A DNA stretch of 63,723 bases, filler included, from Bigelowiella natans CCMP2755 (taxonomy: Eukaryota > Protista > Cercozoa): the NCBI GenBank assembly GCA_000320545.1. It is 9 parts of 9 records of this genome, joined end to end, with 100 filler letters (N's around TTAATTAATTAA, not from the genome) between each part and the next. Parts side by side here need not be neighbours in the genome. Positions count along the whole stretch, not along the records: positions 40,821 to 51,706 come from ADNK01002377.1; positions 51,807 to 53,288 come from ADNK01002839.1; positions 53,389 to 60,380 come from ADNK01000813.1; 6 more parts are not named here. The stretch is one strand, 5' to 3'. The notes under the pieces were generated by a model, which did no database searches, was not told where the DNA came from, and was given only the letters and a program-made list of their open reading frames with translations. Shown in pieces: positions 47,685 through 58,700 of the stretch. A program made the position numbers and the translations under genes. Position 1 is the stretch's first letter, and every line of letters starts with the position of its first letter.

Positions 47685-48951
47685 TTTATGTCTTCCTGTA
47701 GAGATGAACCTGTGAATTCTACAGATTTTCTGCTACCGAGATCTCTCCCCCCGGCCCCCTCCCCACTACTACTTCTTCTTCTTCTTCCTCTTCCACCACT
47801 CCTTCTCACCACCACCACCACTACCACTACTACCCTCTCTGCTGCTTCTGGGGAGTCCTTAAATTCGACCAAAGTACTCGTAAGCACCTGAAGGTAAAAG
47901 GTTAAAAGGAGCTTAATTAGATGGGAACATCCTTTCAGGCACCAACGCTGTGAGCAGTAGTAAGCAGCTGCTCCGATGATATTTGGCAGTAGTAGACATG
48001 ATTATGGCCTTGGCAACCCCATCTTCTTCCTCTTCATCCTCATATTACCATACAGCATGAGAAGACGTACGTCTCCATTCTTCTTTCTTTCTCCTACTAT
48101 CTTCATCACACCTGTACGATTTCTTGCTGAGACACACTTCCATCGGCATTTTCGTCGAGTTTTGCAACGGTAGGAGCTCTTTCTTCTGTCTCGCTGCTCA
48201 CTGAGGAAGAGGAGGAGGAGGAGGGAGGAGGAGGAGAGGGGAGGAAACAGTAAGGTGTGTTGCACTCGTAGTAGAGCAGCAAAGACTGCCTACTTGCTAC
48301 TGCTACTTCTTCTTTAACCTTATGAACGAATTCGTCTAAATCCTGTCTATCCTTCATTTTATTCGTGCATATTTGCAGCATCATTTATCTTTTCATCTCC
48401 CTCCATCGGCACAATAATACCTTAACCCTAATCCTAATACTCACCTTTTTCAAGCCTTTTTTCAATCTTATCGATTACTGAATCTAGACGAAACTTGAGC
48501 CTTTTTTGATGATGATAGGTTTCGATTTAGCTGTTTTGGTAATGGTTGTACTGCAGAAAGGGGTAACAATCTGGCTGATCTCCTCTCAATCATCAGCATC
48601 GAATTGTTGCATAGCTCATCGAGTTCATCGCACACCACATCATCATCGTCATCATCCATCATCATCTGCAGAAATCATTATCACCTTCGTTCCAACACAG
48701 TATCATAATCATCAGCCGGCACTTCTGTGCTCTCTGCTGCTGCGCTCGCTTCTTCCTTTCCACCGGCAGCTTCGTGGGGGGGAGAGCTCTCTTCGGCCAT
48801 TTCATTAAAAGAGTAAAAAAAAATTATACAAACGTTCTCTATCTGGACAATGTTATCTCTCTCTTCTTCTTCGTGGGCGCTCACAACGGTCTCTGTGGGC
48901 CTTTAGTCAGCTACAGCACGTGCCCTAGCGGGCGGCAGCCGGGATTCCTGG

Positions 48952-49004
<53 letters not shown>

Positions 49005-49265
49005 TGGCATTAGGATGGCGAGGGGAATGCGATGGTGTTCTATGTAATAGCTGCAGCTCTGTATCTAAGGATGAGGGGCATCTTTCGGCACAACCACGCA
49101 TCTAACACACACACACACACACGCACACATAGGAATCTGCACTATGCTGTGTTCCATAAAAACATAAAACGGCAACGATGCTGCTGCACATGGACGACGA
49201 GTAGGTGAGGATTCATGGCTTAGAAATGGGAGACAAAGAGGAGACGAGGGAGGGAGCGTGGGGGG

Positions 49266-49306
<41 letters not shown>

Positions 49307-49791
49307 GAGCGTGTACGTCCTGTGGCCTGCTCGGGAGAGGAGTCGGTTTTCTCCATGATGTTCATCAAGTATTCTCTCTCAGACACGAAAGGGTCATCCA
49401 CCAAACTAAGAGCGACGACAACGAGGATAACAACAATACATAATATGTTAGGGAATGGCAGCAGCAGCGGCGGCAGCATGCATGCATACTAAACAGGCGT
49501 TGACTGCTTCGTCTAATGTCCTCAGCAGGTTGGAGGGTGCTACTACTGAGCTAAGTATTTTTCTTCGTGTTTTGGCCGATGACAAAGCACAGCGAGGACG
49601 TACGTCCTGCGACATACTGCGACATGCCAATTATTGCACTGATCCATCGCATCCGGGGGGGGGGGGGGGGGGGGATTGTATGATTATATTCTTGTGTCAA
49701 GTCATCGCAAGCAGCAACATACCCTTCGAGCTCTTCGGCAATCCTACGTGGAGATAGGGGGGGGGGAGGGAGAGGAGAAAGGGCAAAGAAT

Positions 49792-49823
<32 letters not shown>

Positions 49824-50124
49824 GTGACGACAGTGCACAATCAGCGGCATATGATGCAGCAGAATTGAATGGAAAATGGCCACAGAGTACCATGGTGACG
49901 GTGTACTCGTTATAGTCATCGTCGTCGTCGATATGGTGCTTTCTGTTGGTGCCTTCTGCTATTACTACCACTACCTTATGAGCTCATCCTCTGTTATTGC
50001 ATCTGAAACCTGGGAGCTCTCGAGTAATTCGAGCTTTCCCAATACCTTCATATATTGCATTTGGATGATAATTATTAATTATTAATAACAATAATAATGA
50101 TCACTTGTTGCTACATGGTGTGTT

Positions 50125-50171
<47 letters not shown>

Positions 50172-50190
50172 TAGAGAGAGAGATAGAAAG

Positions 50191-50230
<40 letters not shown>

Positions 50231-51320
50231 GATGGCCTGACCCACAAGATTTTGTTTAATACTACAAGCCACACTACTCTTTTATTGTCTCATCGTCGTC
50301 ACATCATCATCATCGTCGTCACTATCTTCTTCTTCTTCTTCTTCTTCTTCCGGCTCATAAAACGCACCGCGCCTGCAACTTCCCCAGCGTTAACTTGTGG
50401 AGCAGCAGCGACATCTTTGCCCGAAGATGCTGCTCCGGCACCAGCAGCAGTAGTAGCAGCAAGAGCACCCGTAGCACTCACTTCCTTGCTTGTTGTTGTA
50501 TTGGTAGCGGCAGCTCTGGCTGCTTTCTGCGATGGCGAGGATGGTAACAAACACGGGGGGGGGGAGAGGAAAGAATGAGTGGTATTATTAAGTTCTCCGT
50601 GTTTGTTTGGACGACTCCCTCCTCCTTCACAATAGATGATGATCAGTCCATCGTGCCGTCGTTGTTAGGAAGGATAACGGGCTGCTGCTGCTGCTACTGC
50701 TGCTGCTACTGTATATGGTCAGCAAACCAACGACTACTACTACTACTACTACTACTACTCACAAGAACGCACCTTCTTCTCTGCCATTTCAAGGATCTTT
50801 GGCCCTTCGAGCTCCTGTTGGGGGAGAGATTGATAGCAAAGTTTACGCGTGTGAGGAGGGAGGGGGCGGGCTAGCTGGCCGTGGCGATGATGATGATGAT
50901 GGTGATGATGATTATGATGGTGGTGATAGCGATTCTGCACCTGCTCCTTCTCGCTTCGAATGAGCTTGTTCTGATTTGCAATCAACTCTATCTTCTTAGA
51001 GAGATCTTGCGTCACCTGTGCGTGAGAGAGAGTGGAGGGAGAACGACGACGACGACATCTTAGGTACCAATGACCCATCATTAATCTGTGGAGGAGGGGG
51101 GGGGAGATGGGGGGGGGAAGCGCTGCATCAGCGAGAATCACGACACCCCCCCCCCCCCCCCTCCTGCATATGGAGTGCTCGTGCTTGCTTTGTCAGTAAG
51201 ATACATATTTGTCGCATCATTTACTACAGCAAGATTCGAGGGAAGCTCAACTGAGAAAGGAGCTGAAGGTCTACTTTGCTCACCCGCAGCTTTTCCTTCC
51301 AAAGACGATCAAAGGATTGT
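47370..51320 (-). CDS. Hypothetical protein with an EF-hand-like loop, multi-exon, 5' truncated
   Basis: Exon VAKLDENADGSVSQQEIVQ has a DxNxDGxVSxxE pattern. Other exons: RIAEELEGYVAACDDLTQEY, VAKTLASRYGNWAGEVSVSELMALAKQSREE|YTSDDFAKKKA*. Confidence 0.6.
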
Positions 51321-51828
51321 CTAGAACAGAGAACTCAAAAACCAAACGAACTGTTCGGGAACTAGGGGGGGGGAAGGGGATGCAAAAACTTTCTCTTTTT
51401 TGCTTTTTTGAATCCCTGGGCTTTTACACAAAACAGGTGGGAATCAATTACCCCAACAGGGGGCAGGTTCCCTCGTTTCGATAGAACAAGGGAGAAAAGA
51501 GACATCCAACCAAAAATCTTTGTTAATAGGTGGACCTCCCAGGCTGGGGAATCTTCAGTCATCCGGACCATCATTTCCCCAGATGCCTTGCGCCCGAGTA
51601 TCTATATCAACATGAAGGGGCCCAGCCCCGGCCCCAAGAAGGGTAATAAAAAAATTCTCAATAGTGAGATATTGTACGTAAATTCATAATGGAAGTTCGC
51701 TCTCTCNNNNNNNNNNNNNNNNNNNNNNNNNNNNNNNNNNNNNNNNNNNNTTAATTAATTAANNNNNNNNNNNNNNNNNNNNNNNNNNNNNNNNNNNNNN
51801 NNNNNNCCCCCCCCCCCTCCGCCCCTGT

Positions 51829-51940
51829 CTATTTCTCACTTCGGCGCATTTGAAGGCTTGAATGTGAGGGCGGAGAGGGCCAGGGCGGAGTTGTACTTGA
51901 TTGGGAGCACGTTATGCTGCGGTGCGTTGTCTTTGGGCTG

Positions 51941-51976
<36 letters not shown>

Positions 51977-52741
51977 GATGACACAAAGGTTGCACACCAT
52001 ACCGACAAAGAACATGGGCGAGGGAGGGGGAGGGAAGAGAGAATGACGATGATGATGATGATGATGATGATGATGAGGATGATGATGGATGGTGATAATT
52101 TAGGAGGGGAGATGGGTAGATAGTAGCTAGAATAACAACAACAGCTACTGCCACTACTATTACTACTTCTAATGGCTTTTACTTTATTGATGACATTCTT
52201 GACGAGGGTTCTTATGATATCCATGTTCCCAAACACCTCTTTGCATTTCAAGTCCTCCATACACGTGTATGTGAGCTGGTGGAGAGAGAGCCGCAGAGGT
52301 GGGGGGGGGGGAGGGGAGGAAGAGGAGGAGGAGGAGGAGGAGGAGGAGGAGGAGGAAGAATGAGGAGATGTGTTGCGTGCGCACTTTTCATCACGATGAA
52401 ATCATCGATGCTAGCGCACCCGTACACTTATATATCGATATCATCATCGCCATCGTATGTCGATGACGATGTTGTCATCATGCTATCTCAAAGTAGCATA
52501 GGTTATGAGTGATAATCATCATCATCATCATCATCATCATCTGATGTGCATTCACCCCATCGTGCAGGGTCGACATAAATACCGTGAGCAGAGCGGAGTT
52601 TCTTACGTCGTCGCTGGACCCCTTCTCAGAAGATATGGTGTGCTCGAGGAATTTAACTCCTGATTTTAGGGGGGGGGGGGGGGTTGGTGACGCGAAGGAT
52701 GATATCCACATAATACCGTCAGAAGGGCAGGATCAAGATGA

Positions 52742-52772
<31 letters not shown>

Positions 52773-53043
52773 TGATGGTGATGATGAGAGAGAGAGCATA
52801 TTTGATACACACGAAGCATAATTTACATATTAAAAAGCAGTCAAAGAACTTGGGGGGAAATCAAGGATTTCTCCTCCTCCTCTTGTGAGGCTTGATTGAG
52901 AGGAGAAGGAGGGGGAGGGGGAGGACGCGGAGAAACACCATTCTTCGCTAAATACTGCTACTGGCTATACTAGTCAATGACGAGCCCTTTTGGAACTCTT
53001 CCGGAAAGTGAAAATATGAAGCTGCCCGCACTAAAATAGACGC

Positions 53044-53103
<60 letters not shown>

Positions 53104-53187
53104 TTATATCACCGTTGTTCTTGATGAATACATCCCTCGCCTTCTGATTTACGAGCATGATGTTCCCAAGGAGGTCCAAGCACTGTA
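51829..53187 (-). CDS. Fragment of helical/ARM-like protein (possibly upstream part of the 47370-51320 gene)
   Basis: Exons LDLLGNIMLVNQKARDVFIKNNG, GVKFLEHTISSEKGSSDDVRNSALLTVFMSTL and CMEDLKCKEVFGNMDIIRTLVKNVINK. Confidence 0.45.
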
Positions 53188-53480
53188 CAAGTGTTGTAAT
53201 GGGGAGGAGGAGGGGTACAGGAGCAGAAGGAGGCCAACAACGACGAGGATGACGGTGAGGGAATAAAGCCAGAGAGAGAGAGAGAGAGNNNNNNNNNNNN
53301 NNNNNNNNNNNNNNNNNNNNNNNNNNNNNNNNTTAATTAATTAANNNNNNNNNNNNNNNNNNNNNNNNNNNNNNNNNNNNNNNNNNNNTCATGTATTTTC
53401 GTTTTTCTGTCAGCGCCCTCCGCGTGTGCCTCTGTATATCTCGAGCCACCTTCCCCCCCCCCCCCCCTTTGCCCCCCCAG

Positions 53481-53700
53481 TTCAAAACTGTCTCCCCCGC
53501 CCCCGCAACTTCAATGGAACGCAGGTGGTTGCTGCTCTCGAACGCAACTACACACACGAATGCATACATAGATTTTGGTGTATTTTGCGGGGTGGTAGAA
53601 GAAGGAAGAAGTATTTATGCATACTCCCATAGGAAGGCAACTACACACGCATTAGGAACTAACTAATACCCATATGTGTAACACACACATACAAGCACGG

Positions 53701-53745
<45 letters not shown>

Positions 53746-54420
53746 ACTGTAATGGGTGTGTATAATTATTTGTGTTTGTGTACGTAAAATGAAAAGCTAC
53801 GCCAACACGCTTGCAGCCGCGAAGAGTACTATCGCGTTGATACAGGGTACTGTAGATAGCTTAGTAAGAGCCCTTAATAGCGTGGTCGAGGCATTACGCG
53901 CTGTTGTTCATCGTATTTCGGACTTTGCAAGACCGGGCGTCGAGTTTGTGATGGCTAAGACTCAACCGATCCGTAAGGAGGTTACCCTTGCTATCGATGG
54001 GATCACTCAGGTTGGCTTTCTTTAATTCGCCTACCGCCATGAAACTGCTCTTCGGAGCAGTAGTAGGTTTTTGCCATGTTGCTATTGTTGTATGGTTGAT
54101 TGTGTGCATATATGTGTGGTTGTCTCGCTACGCATCGCACACACTTCAAGTACCTACGCAAACAGGAGGTCATAAGGACATCAACTGCGGAACTGCACAA
54201 CGTAGAGGGCACGCTACTAAATGTTGCAAGTCAAGCTCGCGAAAAGATTGCGGACGCCGTGTTAGGTGTCGAAGGGTCTGAACTCGTAGTCGAAGGGCGC
54301 CAGGAGGCTTTGCACGTTGCTGAAGGTGTTCTTGAGGGCGCATCTTCCGCTCTAGGAAGTGCTAAAGAAGAGGTCGATGCTGTTGTAGCCAACATGAAAG
54401 ACATGGAAATGGTCAATTGA
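53481..54420 (+). CDS. 3' exons of a host gene encoding an amphipathic/coiled-coil protein
   Basis: Exons 53481-53524, ~53797-54010 and 54166-54420 splice in frame: FKTVSPAPATSMERS|YANTLAAAK...IDGITQ|EVIRTSTAELHNVEG...MEMVN*. Confidence 0.6.
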
Positions 54421-54429
54421 TTGCTTTGC

Positions 54430-55400
54430 ACAAAACAAAACCAGTGGAGCTAACACGTTTGAATGCACGACGAGGCGTGCTAGAAAGTCGATCATGCTCA
54501 GCTCCAGAGCTGCGCAAGCGCTGGTCCACGCACCACTTCGCTAGCACCAAACGCGTCTGATGACAACATGCGTTGACACAGCTGCACGTTGGACGTTCTA
54601 GCGTTGTGTGCATGGCATTTCACGTGGCATGCATCAATCATGTGTGCAACCAGCTGTGGACCACACGTTCACATTGAACACCCATCATTGTGGTCAAGTT
54701 CATCGCACGGCCAGTTGGGCTAGCTAGCTAGCAGGGTGCACATTGTGGTGCACAATGAGCAGAGCTGGCCATTTGTTGACCCTTCAACACACGCGTGGTG
54801 CGCAATGTGCACACAATGCCAAGTTGAAACGACAAACGAAGTTCACGTTTTTGTTGGAGCAATCGCTAGGTTGGTTCATTGACCTGTTCGTTCACTTTGT
54901 CTCGTCGTCCAGTCAAAGTGCACGGAAACAAAGCACACTTTGCGGGAGACATGAAAATCTCCGAGTGTGAAAGCGTGAGTGAAAGTCGTCAACACACCGT
55001 CCTGGCATCGATGCGTGCGTGTTGTGGACACAGCGTGACCGCTGCACGCAGCTGCACCGCAGGTGACCATTGTGAAAACTCTTGATCGCTTCATCACATC
55101 CGTCTCACCGTCGGTGTTCCTCCAACAGCAACGTGAATTGCCATTGCAACAACACGCATGCACTGCAACGTGTCTGTGTGCAAGGGTCAACGTGAACAAC
55201 ACTGGAACGCGCTGATCGATCACAGGTGCAGAGCGTCGTTCACCTTTCAACGGCGGTGACGCTGTTCGGCAAGAAACGCACAACTTGTTCGTGCGCACGT
55301 CATTGGCTGGTTCACGTCCTCGATCAGCAATGCAACTGGCACCCAGGTTCACCATGTAGCGCGTACCACTACGCGGGCACAAGTCACGTGCGACAACAAA
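54430..55400. other. Intergenic TpA-free island 4
   Basis: 54453-55356 has only 7 TA, all in CTAG. 54869-55356 has none. Confidence 0.9.
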
Positions 55401-55405
55401 GGGGT

Positions 55406-55680
55406 TGTCGCGGATATAGAATATAGATAACGTAGATATTAATACAGCATAGGCACGTGGGTTCCGGCGGGACTCATGGCAGCACACCGGAAGTGTGCTG
55501 CCCCACGTGCGGCGGCATTCGCGAAAGCTTCGCGAATGATTACGCAGTGCACGATTTAATAAAAATATAATCTTTAATAAAAATAAACACAACTCTTCAA
55601 AAGGAAGCAAACGTGCCTTTCCCCCCCCCTGCCTACTTGTGCACGTAGCGCCTCGGCCTGTGAACACCTTACGCGCAACA
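55406..55680 (+). repeat. Putative 5' LTR (275 bp)
   Basis: Ends are TGTCGCG...CGCAACA (6/7 inverted). It has an AT-rich TATA-like start, duplicated TTTAATAAAAATA polyA signals (55555-55587), and a TGG-starting PBS-like site 5 nt downstream. No second copy is available to confirm. Confidence 0.65.
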
Positions 55681-55685
55681 ACCTT

Positions 55686-55703
55686 TGGCTTCCACACACG
55701 GGA
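55686..55703 (+). promoter_or_regulatory. Primer-binding-site-like sequence TGGCTTCCACACACGGGA
   Basis: The reverse complement ends in CCA and resembles tRNA-Glu/Asp 3' ends. It lies between the LTR and the gag ATG. Confidence 0.45.
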
Positions 55704-55719
55704 AACGATTTGACTAACA

Positions 55720-58700
55720 ATGTCACAGCAGCTAGAAGAACAGCAGGACTTTGGCTCGCAGGCCGTGCAAGGGCACGAGCAGAAACAGGAAAGGAAGGGC
55801 GATACGGACGCTAAGGAAGGAGGAGGAACACCTCCACAGGCACCGCCGGGACCAGCACCCGGGATTAAGAAAGCAGATGCAGCAGCAGAGGCACTGGAGA
55901 ACTTCTACGAGGCGGACGACGAGGACGTGGCCGCCGAAAGCAAGAAGGTCGTAATGGCATTACGAGCCTTGCGACCCAGGGCGAGCAACTACGCCAAACT
56001 GAAAGTATCGATAGAATACAAGTATCAGACACATGATGTTTGGGCAGCTATCATGCAGGACATCATGGATTACGAAGCAGACTTACCTCCAGAGTGGGCA
56101 GCTTTGTTTAGGAACGACGGGGGTCTGGGCGCCTCGCGGGGGACGACCCAGAGCACCGTCAAGCAGCAGCAGCCGGTACAGCGGAACACCCAGTTCATGT
56201 CTGTTAAAACAGCACCGGTTATGATAACGAAATACAACGGGAAAAGAGGTGAGGCAAGGAGGTGGTGGAAGAACGCTAGGAGTATACTCTGCGACTTTAC
56301 CCCTAACCCCACCGAAAACGACAAGCTCAAATGGCTAGCTATAATAAAGCAAGCCATGGACCTTTACGAGACAGGCAGGACCCGGATCAGGCAGCTAGAG
56401 AAAATACACACTACAGTTAGTGGGCTACGAGACGTTGAGGCGATAATGAAGGCTTTTGTAAATGAACAGGATGCTAACTCCCTACCCCAGGCTATTAGAA
56501 AATACAGAGCAATGATGCAGCATGAGAGAGAACCTGTTAGAGACTTTGCCACGCGCTTCCAGGATATGATCGACGAACTACATGATTTTAATTACAACAC
56601 AGGTGATGATCAGGCAAGGTTTGAAGAGTTCAAGTTAAAGATAAAGGAATCCACTTACGTTACGGAGAAAGGCTACACCACGATGGAGGCAGCAGTGCAG
56701 GCTATATCCCTACGCGAGCAGGAGCAGGACCGCAAGTTTACCAGCCCTAAGGTACCTGGCATAGGAAACATTAACGCTATTAAGCCGCAGCGAGACTGGT
56801 ACAAGGACAGGGAAGGTAACCGACGTTGCGGATACTGCTCACGTAAAGGGAAACACACCGCTAAAGACTGCAGAGACAGGAAAGAAGGACGACCCAGGAT
56901 GACGATCAGGCAGCTCAACGAACACTACGAGAAGTTAAAGAGAAAGAAAGGCAGAGGACAAGGATATAACAACAGCAAATGGCAAGGCAGCAACAACGGG
57001 AAGAACAATAAATATAAGAACAAAAAGCAGAACAGTATCAATGCTATACAGCAGCAGATAAACGGAATATTAGATCACCTTAAGCAGGCGCCGACGAAGA
57101 CAGCAGTACCAGCAACGCAGGACCAAGACAAGCCCATGACCCTAGACGACATAAAGAACTTAGGAGTATGCAACATTAATGACGAAGACGCTAACAGGAC
57201 TATCAAAGTTGCTATGACCAAGGTTAAAGTTAAAGACAGCTACGGAGACTACAAGAAACTACCTGCCCTTTGGGATAGTGGCAGCATGCCGAAGTCCTTC
57301 ATAAGCCTAAGCACAGTAAGAAGGTTAGGACTATTGGATCAAGTGACTAAGAAAGAACGTAAATATGCTCAAGCAGACGGAAGCTCTTCCATGAAGACCG
57401 TCGGTGAGCTAATGCTAAAGCTACAGATACCTGGCAGCGACGCGGAGACCCAAATCAAGACCCGAGTAGCCATGACTTTATCCATGGAACTACTCCTCGG
57501 ACAGGATGCCCTAGAAAAATTAGGGGGGATCATATCATTCTACAATCACAAGATATACTTTGCTAAGTTGCCAAAGAAGTCAGGCAGGACCATCAGCCAG
57601 AACATGATACGGCTTGACGAGTGGACCTCTGAGTCAAGCGTTAATGCGTTAGAGTTTATGGACCTAGCGGACAACAAGCTACCTACACCTACCGAGCTAC
57701 GGAAGAAGAACCCCGGCAAGACCATCCGACAGATAACGGAGCTACTGGACAAGACCCCCCCAGCTGATGATTGGGATATCGACAAAGGCAAAAAGTACAT
57801 TAATAAAATATTAAACGAGAAGTACTCTGACATCACCAAGCCGACGACGAAGCCCTCCAGCAAGCTTACCCCAGTAAAGATCGAGCTAAAGAAGGGATAC
57901 GAAGAGTGCATCATCAATGACCCAGAACATAGGCGACCGGAAGCGGACTGGGAAAAGATAGAGTGGCAGATCAATGAATGGGCAAAGGAAGGGAAGATAG
58001 AGCCAAGCAACTCACCATGGAACGTGAGACATGTGCTAGCTAAGAAACCTACTTACCCTTTCTTCCGCCTGGCGCACAACTTCATCCGCCACAACCGAGT
58101 AATAAAGAGGATCCAGACACCTACACCAAGGATAGATGACGTTATTGAACACGTCATAGGATACAAATACTACTCTTCCCTAGATAAAAATGAATCATAC
58201 ATGCAGACACCCATCCACAAAACCTCCCGCCCCATTACCGCGTTCTCCAGCAGGCACAGGAAGTGGCACTTCGTCGTATTCCCTTACGGCCTAAGCATAT
58301 CAGGGGATGCGTTCAGTAGTCAGAACTACAGGGCATACACACATGATGGGATGGCGTCTGTGTTGTGGGTGTTTGTGTTTGTGTATGTGGATGATGACAT
58401 AATATGTACCAACACAGTCGTCGCTCAGATCTTCCTCCTGGAAAATATATTTATTAGGTTTGCACACTTCGGTTTTACTATTAGACTGCAGAAGTGTACA
58501 TTCCTAGCTACAAGAATCAAGTGGTGTGGATATTACCTGGAGCAAGGCCGCATCACCCCAAACCCCGAGAAAGTAGCAGCACTACAGCAAGCCCCTAAAC
58601 CTAAGAATGCAAAGGAGTTAAAGTCATTCTTGCAGACTGCAGCTTGGATACTACGTAGGTTCTCCCCTACCTACGCTAGGACTGCAGCTGCTTTTACTAC

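Noticed and set aside
53756-54420. Possible env-like or extra ORF of the retrotransposon with a hydrophobic segment (53988-54281)
   Set aside because: The hydrophobic stretch lies in a GT-AG intron (54011-54165). The exons splice to an upstream host exon and lie outside the LTR.
55255-55295. Minus-strand peptide QVVRFLPNSVTAVE resembling the pogo/Tigger DDE motif
   Set aside because: Short, flanked by stops, and lacking the QPxD motif or any other transposase motif.
54430-55400. CpG-methylation decay or RIP as the sole cause of the islands
   Set aside because: CpG remains frequent and TA is lost rather than gained. Such decay could at most contribute to CTAG gain from CCGG.
55453-55510. Hammerhead ribozyme on the minus strand of the LTR (CTGCCATGAGTCC...GGAAC)
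   Set aside because: The core lacks the invariant CUGANGA and GAAA boxes; the resemblance is only superficial.
54876-55697. 273-aa antisense ORF upstream of gag
   Set aside because: It is Cys/His/Arg-rich, has no motifs and crosses the LTR boundary. It is explained by the absence of TAA/TAG in TA-free DNA.
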